Of a stretch of 64,000 nt of DNA, positions 40,875 to 59,789 are shown in pieces. The translations under genes were made by a program, and so were the position numbers. Location: positions 1 to 64,000 of the forward strand of contig CAXHJY010000138.1 in NCBI GenBank assembly GCA_964016885.1, given 5' to 3'. The number at the start of each line of letters is the position of its first letter. The stretch's first letter is position 1. The stretch is from Eledone cirrhosa. Lineage: Eukaryota. A model generated the notes under the pieces. It did not search any database, was not told where the DNA came from, and worked only from the letters and a program-made list of their open reading frames with translations.

Positions 40875-41109
40875 TAATATATAATACAAGGACAAATGGT
40901 TCAGCCTTCATTACGTTTATTGGTCGTTGAGCGCCTTTCGCTATTGATCGGCTCAAGGTTCGATCTGTATCGATCTGGCCTGAGTCTGGAATCAAGCGCT
41001 CGTCGGACCTCTGTTGTAGTAATGATAGATCGAACCTTGAGCTGATCAATAGTGAAACGTGGGTCACCAACCAATAAACGTAACCAGTCGTGCTTGTATT
41101 ATTATATTA
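40875..41109. mobile_element. Fold-back MITE-like element
   Basis: Nested inverted pairs aatacaag/cttgtatt, ttacgtttattgg/ccaataaacgtaa, ctattgatcggctcaaggttcgatct/agatcgaaccttgagctgatcaatag. Confidence 0.7.
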
Positions 41110-41644
41110 CAGTCTGCAGTGTATTGTAAGGGCGGTGGATTGGCAGTATATGTAGAGGGTCGGCTGCCATGCTTTTCAGCACAGTTATGTCCCTTTACGG
41201 ACTGAGTTCAAATCCCGCCAAGGTTAACTTTGCCTTTCATCCTTACAGGGTCGATAAAATAAAGTACCAGTAATACACTGTGATAATTGCTGGCCTTATG
41301 CCAAAAGTAGAAACAATTATTATATTACTCTGTCTAGCTCTACATCTCCATACTGACGTGAACCTAGACATCGAGTGCTCACCTGGGTGAACCTACAGTA
41401 ACTCCACGTTACACTCCCTGGATATATATATATATAATTGTTTCTACTTTAGGCACAAGGCCAGCAATTACCCAGTGCATTACTGGTACTTTATTTTATC
41501 GACCCCGTAAGGATGAAAGGCAAAGTCAACCTCGGCGGGATTTGAACTCAGATCGTAAAGGGACGTAACTATGCTGGAAAGCATGGCGTCCCACCCTCTA
41601 CCGATACTGCCAATACACCGCCCTTATATATATATATATAATGT

Positions 41645-41694
41645 TCTTCTCTGATGACGCTGTGATAAACAGGCGAAACTCTAGAGTAACAAGA
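41645..41694 (+). ncRNA. Type-I hammerhead ribozyme
   Basis: tcttct-CTGATGA-cgctgt gataa acaggc-GAAA-ctctagag-TA-acaaga; 10-nt palindromic stem III ACTCTAGAGT. Confidence 0.8.
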
Positions 41695-42608
41695 CTCACT
41701 ATTCAGCCTTAATAAAATGAATATTGAAACTCAACTTCGGTATTGAGTATTTTTCTCTCAGCCGTCAACCACATACGGTAGAGCATTAGGTAACATGCTG
41801 ATTTCAAATCCTGCTGAGGTTAGCTTTGCGTTTCATCCTTACGAGGTCGATAAAATAAAATACCAGTAATGCAGTGGGGTCGATTTAATCGAGTTTCCCC
41901 TCCCCCCTTCAAATTGCTGGCCTTGTGCCTAAAGTAGAAACAATTTTTACAAGATTTATTAGAAGACAGCGAAATAACACAAACATCAGACCTTGTTCGA
42001 TCTCCTAGAAAAAGGCAACCATATTTTATTTAAGGGCAGGGTATAGAGGTCAAAGTGTGTTCGCTAAAAAAATTGTGGTGTTCTGTAAATAAATCTTAAT
42101 AAAAAAATATTTTTTAATATGAATTGATTCATTATTTTATTAAATGTTTTGTGTCATTTAATACCTTATTAATATTAAGGTGGCGGGATTTGTCCGTAAA
42201 ATAGAAGTATGTGTTCCGGGATTTTTGGAAAACCGCATAATGGTTCTCAGTGAAAATAATCTTGGAGACTACTGTATTAGATCATATAGTCCTGCATAAG
42301 TATTCAAGTATTCAGCGATGGGATGTTCATTGCTGAAGAATTGACCTCCATATATTGAAGAGTTTTTATATTTAGAATTACTTGATGTGAAGAAGTTTGA
42401 AAGTATTAACCCATACAATGTACGGGTTAATACTTTTTGCTATATATAGATAATTTTCAATGCATATCTTTGGGAAATAAGCTCAGGTACATGTACCGGG
42501 ACAACGTTGTTTCATTCGAAATGTTTAATTATTCCTATAAAAAAATACCATTTCATTGTTACTTCATTTTAGATTATGTTTGAATCTGTTAAACTACTTC
42601 AAATTTAC

Positions 42609-42654
42609 CTGACCATCCCTGCTGCAAATTCTGTTTCAATCAATAAGTGTTTAT
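42609..42654 (-). CDS. Candidate 46-nt host exon (KHLLIETEFAAGMV), product unknown
   Basis: tttatttatttcag| ... cag|gtaaat in repeat-free sequence. Confidence 0.3.
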
Positions 42655-43334
42655 CTGAAATAAATAAATCATTCCTGAGATGACAAACCATTCAAGGTTT
42701 GATCTCTTCAGTAGCCCGTATTTCCTTTTTAAAAAAAAACAAAAACAAAACCAGATATTCTTCGATTTGTAACGAAAAATGAATTAAACAACAGAATATT
42801 ACAGAGATTTGAAATAAAACCAAGAAATATTGAAACTCAATTTAAACGAAGCGTGTATGTAATTTTTTTAATAAATATATGACAATTTCTGTTTTGTAAT
42901 ACATTATTTCAGTAGCCGTTCCATGTGAATGCATTGCCAAATTTATTTTACTTTACATTTAGGAAATCTTTTCAAATGATATTACTAAAGAAATGTACAG
43001 AATATTAAGAAAAAAGAATATTTTGTCATTTCTAGTAGTCCCACCAAATAATTATAGCTATAGCTCACCATTTTTATATTTGTTAAATAGACAGTAAATA
43101 AAATATAGGTATAGTGGTAACATTTTTGGCTCCACACAATATTCTTGTGTTTTGAATAGTAATTTGAATAAATTGTAGATACATTTACTATTAAAGATGA
43201 TACAAATTGTACATTTGCTAAAAGTTGTTCAAAAATTTGCTACGCCTGAGTGATAATAATAGCTTGGTCCCATATGTGTGTATGTATGTATGTGTGCGTG
43301 TTTGTGTGTAGCAGATTAATCTAGCGTGCATCAA

Positions 43335-46819
<3,485 letters not shown>

Positions 46820-46823
<4 letters not shown>

Positions 46824-47860
46824 GGAAAAAATGAAACGAAATTTCATTTCCCACTCTTAGTACGGCTGTTACTTAAATATAAGTATGTACACGTACATAC
46901 ATATATGTATACAGACGTACAGTAGTATGTATATATATATACATGCATGCACACATATATATATGTACGTATGGATTCACCGAAAATTTATTATAATGCT
47001 CGGTGTGTTTGGAAACAAACATCCCGTATTAAGCCGTAGTGTCCAGCAAACATCGTTGCTCGTTTGTTCAACACTGACAAAGGAACGCTGTACTAGTTTC
47101 AAGCTTATTAGCTATCGTCAGCAACGTATACCTTCCTGCCAGATTGTTGAACGTATATATTTACCTTATGCATATTAACGGCTGAGTAGCCCAATTTGCA
47201 TGACGATAGCTAATAAGCTTGAAACTAGTACAGCGTTCCTTTGTCAGTGTTGAACAAACGAGCAACGATGTTTGCTGGACACTACGGCTTAATACGGGAT
47301 GTTTGTTTCCAAACACACCGAGCATTATAATAAATTTTCGGTGAATCCATACGTACATATATATATGTGTGCATGCATGTATATATATATACATACTACT
47401 GTACGTCTGTATACATATATGTATGTACGTGTACATACTTATATTTAAGTAACAGCCGTACTAAGAGTGGGAAATGAAATTTCGTTTCATTTTTTCCGTT
47501 TATCGTTTTCGGTGCACCCGGCCGATTAACCCACTCGATATGCAAATTGGGCTACTCAGCCGTTAATATGCATAAGGTAAATATATACGTTCAACAATCT
47601 GGCAGGAAGGTATACGTTGCTGACGATAGCTAATAAGCTTGAAACTAGTACAGCGTTCCTTTGTCAGTGTTGAACAAACGAGCAACGATGTTTGCTGGAC
47701 ACTACGGCTTAATGTGGGATGTTTGTTTACAAATACACCGAGCATTATAATAAATTTTCGGTGAATCCATACGTACATATATATATGTGTGCATGTATGT
47801 ATATATATATACATACTACTGTACGTCTGTATACATATATGTATGTATGTGTACATACTT
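46820..47860 (+). mobile_element. Non-autonomous Penelope-like/retrozyme element: inverted copy (46820-47201) plus partial tandem with a 420-bp period
   Basis: TGACGAtagctaataagcttGAAActagTA at 47201 and 47621; mirror copy at 47085-47127. Confidence 0.85.
47614..47656 (+). ncRNA. Minimal type-I hammerhead ribozyme
   Basis: acgttg-CTGACGA-t agct aata agct t-GAAA-ctag-TA-cagcgt; palindromic stem III ACTAGT. Confidence 0.87.
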
Positions 47861-47976
47861 ATATATATATATATATATAGTGGTGGAACAATGGAAGCTA
47901 ATATCCGTAGTGGTAGAGCACTCAGTCCAAGGGACGAGTTAGGTAGAAGTGGTTACACAACAGTTAGTTCACCATA

Positions 47977-48016
47977 CCGAGAACAATTATTTCACCTTCA
48001 CGGATCTTCAGCTCGG
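47977..48016 (-). ncRNA. Minimal type-I hammerhead ribozyme
   Basis: ccgag-CTGAAGA-tcc gtgaa ggt-GAAA-taattg-TT-ctcgg. Confidence 0.75.
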
Positions 48017-48081
48017 GATGTGTATGGTTATAGGAACAGAAAGGACAATAAATATATATATATATATAAATATGTATATAA

Positions 48082-48119
<38 letters not shown>

Positions 48120-48167
48120 GTATATATAAATATATAAATATGTATATATATATAAATATATATATAA

Positions 48168-48207
<40 letters not shown>

Positions 48208-48208
48208 G

Positions 48209-48240
<32 letters not shown>

Positions 48241-48271
48241 TATAAATAAGTATATATATATATATAAATAA

Positions 48272-48306
<35 letters not shown>

Positions 48307-48479
48307 TGTATATATATATAAATATATATATAAATATATATATAAATATGTATATATATATATATAAATATATATATAAATATGTATATATATATATATA
48401 AATATATATATAAATATGTATATATATATAAATATGTATATATATATATATATAAATATGTATATATATATATATAAAT

Positions 48480-48514
<35 letters not shown>

Positions 48515-48714
48515 CGATATTAATAAATGGAAACTATATTAATAAAACCATATTTATTTCATTATATATATCAAGGATACCAAGTTACATTATGGTATGC
48601 CTTCATCAGACAAAATACAATATATAACAGTTTTATAAATAGACATTAACGTACCCCTTTAAAAATTGACCGTTGCTTTTGGAGGCCATCAGGATAGTTC
48701 GCGTATAAATTTCG

Positions 48715-48820
<106 letters not shown>

Positions 48821-48827
48821 CCAAATT

Positions 48828-49295
48828 TATACGGGAACAAGACAGAGAATCAGACAAATAAAGGTTTATTAGGTTCCCGCTTTTGAGAGTGAGGGGTGGG
48901 GAACCACGTTTCAGGCATAAGCCCTTCTTCAGGAGTAAATAGGTTAGTAAGAGAGTTCAGAGGGTGTGTGGAAATACATTTAGAAAAAATGGGGAAAGAG
49001 ATCAAATAAAAATAAAAATAAACATATATATATAGTAAAAAATTGAACGGGAACAAAACAGAGAGGCAGTACGAACAAAGGTTTATTAGTTTCACGCTCT
49101 TGAGAGTTGGGTGTTGGTGGGGAACGACGTTTCGGGCATAAGCCCTTCTTCAGGTGAAAAGTGTGTGGGAAGAGAGTTACAAGGGTGTGTAGGGGAGTGG
49201 TGGAGAGACATATAGAAAAAAGGGGATGAGAGGAAACGGTACAAATGGAATTAAATATAAAAGCATAATAAAAATAAAAATAAACATATATATAT
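48828..49295 (-). mobile_element. Diverged tandem dimer, each unit with a minimal hammerhead (48901-48935, 49123-49157)
   Basis: CTGAAGA-a gggc ttat gcc(c/t)-GAAA-cgt(c/g); cores 221 bp apart; AATAAA downstream in both units. Confidence 0.75.
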
Positions 49296-49951
49296 ATAAG
49301 GGCGGTGCCCCAGCATGGCCTCAGCCGGATGGCTGAAACAGGTAAAAGAGTATATATATAAACAAATAGTAGCTTAAATCGACCCGTAATCGATATAAAG
49401 ATAATATTAATAAATATTAAATAAATGAATGTTTCTTTGTATAACACGATGTTCTACATGAGAGAGTGGGAAGACGACTACATCAGATCAATATATAACT
49501 GGTAATGATAAAGTCAAAGGTTTAATATGTGAATAGATTATATTGAGACCAGAATTATTAAGGAACCGAGCTCAGTTATGCAATTGTTGCTTTCTCAACA
49601 GGACGACGCTATAGGGAAGAATATGCAACTCTTCAAATGGTTATTATATTTTCATGAGTTTAAAGGATTGAAGTTCTTTTAATTCATTTTCCACTTAAAC
49701 ATTTCGACAAAATATGTGTAAATAAATATATAATGTTTCTACTTTTGGCACAAGGCCACAAATACCCAGTGCATTACTGGTACTTTATTTTATCGACCCA
49801 GTAAGGATGAAAGGCAATGTTAACCTCGGCGGGATTTGAACTCAGAATGGCAAGGGCCGTAACTCTATGCGTCAAAAAGCATGTCGTCTGACCCTCTACC
49901 GATATTGCCAATAAATATATAATGGTTTCTTTATTTATAAAATAAATAACA

Positions 49952-50070
<119 letters not shown>

Positions 50071-50108
50071 TCTATCTCATATAATTCAAATATATACAAT
50101 AACATATA

Positions 50109-50141
<33 letters not shown>

Positions 50142-50249
50142 GCTATATCGAATATATACAATTATATATATATTTATTTTCTGTCTTATATATCAAACAC
50201 ACATACACGCACGCTCACACACACATACACACACACAGACAGACAGACA

Positions 50250-50292
<43 letters not shown>

Positions 50293-50900
50293 TACTGTGA
50301 ATCTTTATATTTGATACAAGATACGTTTGTGTCAGTGTTTTTCTGTGTATAATTATAGGTGTAGAAAAAGACATCTACTTTCAGTAAAAGTGTTTTTCAA
50401 AAGTGCCAAGTTCAAAAGAAATGAGAGACTCTTTAAAAGGTGAAGGAGGTTTGAAACGTGTTAGAACAAGACCTGAGGATCTTCTGCTATTATACTGAGG
50501 GGCAGTGTTCTATTGTAACACTATGGTACACTTAAAATTACTTTTTACTCTATATTCAGTAGTGCCATTAAATATTACTGAACGTGAGATGTCTTAGATG
50601 CTGGGATTAGCTAAAGGCTAAATCAAAGACCAGTATTCTTAAAATCTCTCCGTATATTTCTCTCCGTATCTTTCCCTTCGTTTTACTACTTCTCATTTCT
50701 TCTGTCTTAGTCTCTATCGCTCACTATTTTTTTTCTGTTCCACTGTTATAGTTTGTTTATCAACAGCCTCCATTACTTTCAGCCATACATTCCATATGTC
50801 AGGTGTTTTACCATCCATGTTGCTTCCGTCCGTTCCTTTCTCTCCATTATATCTATGTGTCTATCTTTCTCTTACTCTATATCTACATCTAACACTCTGA

Positions 50901-50957
<57 letters not shown>

Positions 50958-51211
50958 ATATAGAGAGAGATAGAGAGAGATATGAATAATGTATATATAT
51001 GATGTATATATATATATATTTATATAATGTATATACATACATATATATATATATAATGTACACATACACACACATTCATATACACACACACACACATACA
51101 TACACATACATATATATATGGAAAAGAAATCGAAAATGCAGCTGGAGTCTTTTTAAGTATATTTCTTTATTTCTTTACCGGTTTCACAGTTCTTATGCTT
51201 TTCAAAAATAT

Positions 51212-51275
<64 letters not shown>

Positions 51276-51279
51276 GATA

Positions 51280-51880
51280 AATCTACCAAAAGTTTACGGT
51301 AGTGTCCAATCCGTATGAAGAACTCAATGTAATCCGGATATCATGAAAAGAGAAGATGCATTCAAAAACTACTTTCGGTGAAAAATAAACGGAAAACAGA
51401 GTCAAGATAAATTAATAAAATAATGAATAAACAAAGAAACAGTTCCTTATATAAAAAAAAAATTTCATCATTTTACGATCGTTTCTAGGATATATATGTG
51501 TTAGAGTTGGTATGCATATTCTATAGATCTATGTACAATATTTATACAAACTATCAGAGGGAATATACATACCTACACATATATATGCTGTCTTCAGAAA
51601 TAATTGTTTCTACTTTAGGCACAAGGCCAGCAATTACCCAGTGCATTACTGGTACTTTATTTTATCGACCCCGTAAGGATGAAAGGCAAAGTCAACCTCG
51701 GCGGGATTTGAACTCAGATCGTAAAGGGACGTAACTATGCTGGAAAGCATGACGTCCGACCCTCTACCGATACTGCCAATCCACCACCCTGTCTTCAGAA
51801 ATAATGATATTTGTTTATTGAAAAAAACAAAGATTCAATACAATAGGTCTGTTTGGGAACAGGTTTTGAATTGACCAATA
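51280..51880 (-). mobile_element. Large-stem-II hammerhead element interrupted by SINE A (51605-51788)
   Basis: Paralog of 27570-27830; TSD (ct)gtcttcagaaataat at 51588-51604 and 51789-51805. Confidence 0.8.
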
Positions 51881-51896
51881 GAGAGATAGTGAGGGT

Positions 51897-51981
<85 letters not shown>

Positions 51982-52497
51982 GAGATACAGATATATTTTC
52001 CTGTGTGTGTGTCAGACTAACACTGTCAATTACCTTAACATGAACAGTAAATACAGCAAGAAACTGTGACAGCAACCGAAGAACTGAAGCTAATGTAAAC
52101 CATAATCCTACACACGACCTTGTCTGGTCCATATAACACAAGGAAAGTAAAGATAAAACGAATCCTTTAAAATCAAATCTCAAACCTTCCTGGAAAATAG
52201 TTATCGACCTACAGTAATTATTGATAATGTATGTACGTATCTATGTACATATATATATGCTGTGACAAAAACTGGTGACCGTTGATTCTGTTGAGTTCTT
52301 CCGCCCTTTCTAAGAGAGGGAAACTCTGGAAAAAAAACTACGATTCTGAAGCATCCGATGATGTTGACCAGTTCTCCTTTGCGGGAACTGTCTTCGATGC
52401 TCAGAGAGTGGGATTGGTCGAGTGCAAGGCCTTTCCCCACTTAATAAAACCTTCAAAGCACAGGCATTGTAATACTCTTAACAAAGTTTGCAGCCAT

Positions 52498-52579
<82 letters not shown>

Positions 52580-52670
52580 CGTATTTTAACCAAATTTTGA
52601 ATATTACAACTCGTACGTGTGACTAGTGCTTTGCCAGCTTTGGATATATTCTTTACGAAATTCAGTACAC

Positions 52671-52741
<71 letters not shown>

Positions 52742-52909
52742 TTGTTTCTTCAACCTCTTTTCTGTTTCTATCTTTGTACTTTCTATGCACTTTTGTTTGC
52801 ATTTTTTTTCAAATTTGATCTCCCTTTCATTTACTTAGATTTTTTACCTCAGTTATCCCTCATTCTCTCTCTTATCAGCCGTAGGGATTCCGTTCTGTGG
52901 TGGTGGTGA

Positions 52910-52953
<44 letters not shown>

Positions 52954-53342
52954 AACTTTTCTGATATTCTGTTAACTCCATCGAGTTCTTATGATAGAGG
53001 CTGATAGTAAAATTATTGGTATTGACTCGAGGCCTGTTAAGCAAATCTTAAAGTTACTTTCCCATATCTTTATATCCTAAGGCGTTTAAGCATCGTTTTA
53101 TATATTTAATGCCCTAATGGATTTACATCTCTGTATAAAAACGAATAAATCTCTCATATGCAACAAGGTACATGTTCACAAATATAAAATTTAATATGAA
53201 CAGATATATGTGTATTTTTTAAAACAATATTAAGTATATTCCGAATTTCTGAAGAGATTACAAATGTATTTTATATAATCTTTCTTAGTCTTCGGCGTAG
53301 ACATGGCGAAGTGTTAGTTTACTATATATATATATATATATA

Positions 53343-53850
53343 TCATCATCATTTTACGCCCGCTTTTCCCTGTTTGCAAGTGTGGGACGGGTCTTATTCA
53401 GCACAGCATCTCTCCACTTGTCACGGTCCTTCGTCATCTCCCTTGTGAGATTCAGTGATCTGAGGTCACCTCTCACCACCTCCGCCCATGTTTTTCGTGG
53501 TCTTCCTCTACTATGTCTTCCTTCTACTAGAATTTATTGGCACTTCTTCACCCAGCTGTCATCCGCCATGCGGATCACATGTCCGTACCATCACAGTCTT
53601 CTCTCCCGCACACTACAGTTTAATCCTCTTATACACAGTTTCTCTCTCAACTCATCCATGCTTGCTCGTGCACGTACATTGACATTACACATCCAACGGA
53701 GCATGCTTGCTTCATTTCTCTCCAGCCATCGCATATCCTCTTCAGTTGCTGCCCACGTCTCACTACCATGCAGCATCGCGCATCTCACACAGGCATCATA
53801 TAACCGGCCTTTCGTACGCAGGGAGAAACCCTTCTTTGTCAACAGAGGAA
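53343..53850 (-). mobile_element. RTE-clade LINE 3' fragment
   Basis: KGRLYDACVRCAMLHGSETWA...EASMLRWMCNV; (GAT)n tail. Confidence 0.85.
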
Positions 53851-55764
53851 ATATATATATATTCATATACCACTACAGTTCCACTAGCTGTTACTTATAT
53901 ACACATATATATATTATCACATGACTCATATGACAGGTGCAATATGTCCGAACACGGAAGAGCCGAACTCCCACCGTCATCGCCCCAATCTCTCTTGCTC
54001 CAACATATCTCTGTATAGTGAGCAAATGGGGCCCCACACGCTGGTCGGCCGACAGCCCCGGCAGACAAATTAGTGCTTCAGTCAGCACACCACACTATTT
54101 TGTCTGATACCCAAACTTCTGTAACGAATTTCATTATTCAGACTGTCGCCTATTTGGTTTCCAGTAAAAAATACTGTTTACAATGGATGTTCATGTAACA
54201 ATTCTACAGAAATGGAAACCTAGTAGTTGGTTTTGTCATTCCAGAATCTAAGTGATTGCAAGAATGGGCACTCGTGTGTTTTACTGACTGTGGCATATCA
54301 AACATATCCGATATTCATTTGAGGATACCGTTCTCATAACAACAACAAATGCATGAAGGACCGTGGAAATAATAATAATGATTAAACGATATATGTAACA
54401 TCAGCATCTTATTTTCTCATATATATATATATATATATAGGAAAAAGTATGACCCCGACGGCAGAGCTCAAGCCGTTTCGACGGCTATTTCTGGACTAAA
54501 TTAGAATGTTTAGCGTGGTAGATAAATAGCCGAACTTTTCAAGGGGTAATTCCTTATATGGGAAGATTGTAGTTGTCAAGAGGATTGGTCAATATTTCTT
54601 GTAAACACAATTTTTTTTTGTATTACTTATTACTACCCAACTCTATAATTTCAAAAATTTTTAATTTATTTAGTATTTTCTATTCTCAACTTATTAACCT
54701 ATTCTATAGCATTGGCCGAAAATGCAATACCATCTAAATATAGCAGCGGTTTTAGACTCTACAGTTTTTTTTATCTCTTCTCACTATCCAATTTTATATT
54801 TGTATATATGTTTCTCTTATTTATTTATTATCTCCTAATCTCAATTGATTTACCTATTCTATAACGTCCCTTCTCTATTTTCTCCAGAATCCTTTTTCGC
54901 CTACTTCCTCAAGCCTAGTTTCATACACAATCCTTAGATTTTGCTGTATAGATTTCACTTCCAACGCTTGACCGGCTCCACCGCCTCGCTCATTGTTCTA
55001 CAGGCAAGTTCAGCCAACCCCATTTCCCTCGAAACGGCTCGAGCTCTGCCGTCGGGGTCATACTTTTTCCTATTACCCACTCTACTACCCTAAGTATTGA
55101 GTACTCTGGTGCGTTATGGTCAATCTGGTTCCTTACCACATCTCCTTCGTTATATATACGGCCCTTGCCATTCTGAGTTCAAATCCCGCCGAGGTAAACT
55201 TTGCCTTTCATCCTTATGGGGTCGATAAAATAAAGTACCAGTAATGTACTGGGTTATTGTGGCCTTGTGCCAAAAGTAGAAACAGTTATATATATATTCA
55301 CACACACACATAATCAGAATAAAGGGAAGAGAAGGCAATACATTCAAAAGCAAATTTACAACTTACAAGGTGTTTCAACTACTCCATATCGAAATAACAG
55401 TTCATGCGTATATATGTGTGTGTGTGTACGCGCGCATATATAATACTATGAGTAATATTTACGTAGAATCTTATATATATAGCGAGAGAGCTATATACAT
55501 ATGTGTATGTGTTGTGTATATTTATGTATAAAATATATATATATAAAAAGGATCGATCGACTTTCGTCAAATCGGACCGAGGAAACAATGTTTCCATTGG
55601 TCTTTCCAATTGCTAGTACTATCTAACGGTCGCAACTCCAGGTAGAAGGAGCAACGTAAAATAAAATGTCTTGCTCAAGGACATAACGCATCGTCCGGTC
55701 CAGGTATCGAACTCACAACCTCAAGATTGTCAATCCAATTCTCTAACCATTCAGCCTCACGCCT

Positions 55765-55828
<64 letters not shown>

Positions 55829-56193
55829 TTCTGCGTTCACAGATTGATTTTTTTTTTTAGTTTCAGATGATCCCGTTAAGGGTGAAAGCAGCGATTGTTT
55901 GCTTAAACTTTAATCTGTTTTTTTAATAAATATTTGCTCTATGGTTTTTATATATTTGATATATATTTATTCTTATCGAGCCGTCTTTGGATTTTAGTCT
56001 TCACATTTATTATTTGGATTGGCAGTATCGGTAGAGAGTCGGACACCATGCTTTGAAGCATAGAGTTAGTCCCTTTATGATCTGAGTTCAAATCCCGCCG
56101 AGGTAAACTTTGCCTTTCATCCTTACGGGGTCGATAAAATAAAGTACCAGTAATGTACTGGTAATTTGCTGGCCTTGTGCCAAATGTAGAAAC

Positions 56194-56233
<40 letters not shown>

Positions 56234-56793
56234 GTGTGTGTGTGTAAAGGGAGAGATAGTGGGTCTGGGGATAGAGTGTATGTACAAACAAATGTAGAAG
56301 TGTAAATCAAAATGGGGCACATTTATCTTTTGATGATAGGAATGTAAAAACTAACAGGAAAAGGTGATTGAGTGAGAATGTCATTGAAGGTTTTGTTGTG
56401 ATGGTCAGATAGTGTTGGATGGCATAAATGATGATTCGGGGAGAAACAAGATAAGATTGAAGTGATAAAATATTTGTATATTATTATTGAAAAAGAAATA
56501 AAATGTGGGGTGGCGGTGGGTGTATTTTACAAATTAGGAACGGGTGTTTGATGATAAGCAAGGGGAGGAAGAAAACTGATTAAGCGATGGCGCCGTGTTT
56601 TGGTGGTCAAAATAAGGTTATGCCTGATAATAGATATTTGGCGAACAAACGAAATAAAATAATTTAGATAAGTGTATTTATATAGTTATATATTTATATG
56701 GCGATGGTGAACCGTTAGAGAATAATACCACTAGGGAAGCCATTATTTACTTTTTTTTTTCATATAAATATATATAAATACATATGTATATAA

Positions 56794-56827
<34 letters not shown>

Positions 56828-56908
56828 TTATGTATGCATATATATCTACATACGCACTCATATATATATATATATTCAGTTATTTCGATCTTGCTTATAA
56901 TTTGCTCA

Positions 56909-56939
<31 letters not shown>

Positions 56940-57202
56940 AATTGTGTGTGTGTGTGTGCGTGTGTTTGTTGAGCAAATTATAAAGAACAATATCGAAATA
57001 ACTGGATATATATATTTAATATAGAAATGGCTTCTACAGGACTAGAACCGTTTCATTCGAAGGAAATCACGAGGAAAGCGGGCTTTCTACAGTTCTACTC
57101 CTATCGAAACCATTTCTATATTAAATATTTATACTCTGTTATGTATTGAGTACCTTACTTAGTGTGGTTACCCCCGTTTGAACCTTGGATACACCCCCCC
57201 CC

Positions 57203-57256
<54 letters not shown>

Positions 57257-57417
57257 ATATATATATTGTTATACTTTGGGAGGGTCATGTTGCCAATAAG
57301 AAACACACGCACCAGTAGCTTTCACTTCAATTTATTATAATAAATTTATAAATTTAGGAATATCGGTTTCAACACACGTTTTCAGATAAAGAATCTTGCT
57401 AAACAAATTCAGAAACG

Positions 57418-57491
<74 letters not shown>

Positions 57492-57709
57492 GTATATATA
57501 TTGTGTTTAATGGTATCTATGGTGCTTCCATAGGCGGTATGCCAAAATTAGCACTCAATATTCATACAGAGTAGAGTGTGGATAGTATAAAAAAATGAAA
57601 AATCAGTGATGCATCTGGACTCAGTTTATTGCGTGTTACAATTGTTTCGCCGGCAGGTAGATCGAGACATGATCACTGTATAGATCTGGCTGATTCGGTT
57701 TTTTTATAC

Positions 57710-57710
<1 letters not shown>

Positions 57711-57767
<57 letters not shown>

Positions 57768-57899
57768 CATGTATATATATATATACATGTATATATATAT
57801 ATATATACATGTTTTTATATATATACATGTATATATATATATATATACATGTATATATATATGTATATATATATGTATATATATATATATATGCATGTG

Positions 57900-57931
<32 letters not shown>

Positions 57932-58650
57932 CATGTATATATGTATATGTATGTATGTATATATATACATGTATATATATGTATGTATATATATATGTAT
58001 ATATATACATGTATATATATATGTATGTATATATATATATATATGTATATATATACTGTATATATGTATATGTATGTATGTATATATATACATGTATATA
58101 TATGTATGTATATATATGTATATATATACATGTATATATATATGTATGTATGTATATATTTATACATGTATATATATGTATGTATATATATATATATGTA
58201 TATATATGCATGTATATATATATATGTATATATATACATGTATATATATGTATGTATATGTATGTATATATATACATGTATATATATGTATGCATATATA
58301 TATACATACATACATATATATATACATGATGAGTCCTTAATAGGACGAAACATTGTTGGCTAATAAAGACTTTTGATATATTGAAGGCTTCTTTGTTTTA
58401 TTTTCATAATTCTTCGGCTCTGTTTAATTACATTGAGCTATACCTTTTACTGTCATTTCTATAATACGAAGATGGTGGTTAACTCCAACACGCTCCAGTA
58501 TTTTAATCCTTGTATATATATATATGTATATATATACATGTATATATATATGTATGTATGTATATATATATATATATATGTATATATATACATGTATATA
58601 TATGTATGTATGTATATATATATATAGATGTATATATATATGTATGTATG

Positions 58651-58682
<32 letters not shown>

Positions 58683-58760
58683 CATGTATATATATATGTA
58701 TGTATGTATATATATATGTATATATATATATATGTATATATATACATATATATATATATG

Positions 58761-58801
<41 letters not shown>

Positions 58802-58890
58802 ACGTATACATGTATGTATATATGTATGTATATATATATACATGTATATATATATATGTATATATATATATATAAAAATACACGTATATA

Positions 58891-58931
<41 letters not shown>

Positions 58932-58951
58932 GTGTATATATATAAATATAC

Positions 58952-59003
<52 letters not shown>

Positions 59004-59111
59004 GTGTATATATATATATATATACACATACACATGTGTATATATATATATATATATATATACATGTGTATATATATATATATATACATGTGTATATATA
59101 CATGTGTATAT

Positions 59112-59200
<89 letters not shown>

Positions 59201-59212
59201 ATATATATATAT
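57711..59212. repeat. TA/TG/CA degenerate microsatellite blocks flanking a 5'-truncated hammerhead element (58327-58512)
   Basis: TGATGA-gtcct taat aggac-GAAA-cattgtt at 58327-58357. Confidence 0.85.
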
Positions 59213-59789
59213 ACACGCATGTATGCGTGTATATAGACTTAACACAAAGAAGAATCTCACAGTTGTTGAAACATTGCAATATACAAAAATTAATTAAAAT
59301 AAAATTATAAGATAAAAGATAATGTGGAAAAACAATGGTTGTATTCCTGATGATAACGGGTGAAGGGAAATGTGCTGAAGAACAGTGTGTGGGACCGGGG
59401 ACACCTGAGGTCTCAGCCGTGACCCGTAGAAAAGGAAGGGGTCGTTCAGGACCACGTAAACTGTGGTATTCCTCTTCTCTGTTTCGCTGGCGGTGGTGCC
59501 CGGGTTTGTGACCAAAGCGACAGAGCTAGAGGCAGAGAATGAGTGGTTGTTTGTGGGAGACTAGCCGTCACCCATGCATGTCAGTCACCCCACGTCAACG
59601 CCATTGAGGTTTTCTAAACAAAAGGCAATGACCATAAGCCAGCTTGATACTGGTGACGTCGCAACTCATTTCTACAGCTGGGTAAACTAGATCAGCATGA
59701 AATTAAATGTCCTACTGAAGGACAAAACGCAACACGTGGTCCAGGAATTGAACTTACAATCACACGATTGCAGGCCCAACGCTCTAACC

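Noticed and set aside
46885-47856. Repeated 91-97 aa ORF in the 420-bp element
   Set aside because: Starts in TA/CA low-complexity sequence, is antisense to the ribozyme and has no recognisable domain
53249-53285. CTGAAGA followed by a hairpin (also CTGATGA at 61299)
   Set aside because: No GAAA/stem III/stem I completion, so not counted as hammerheads
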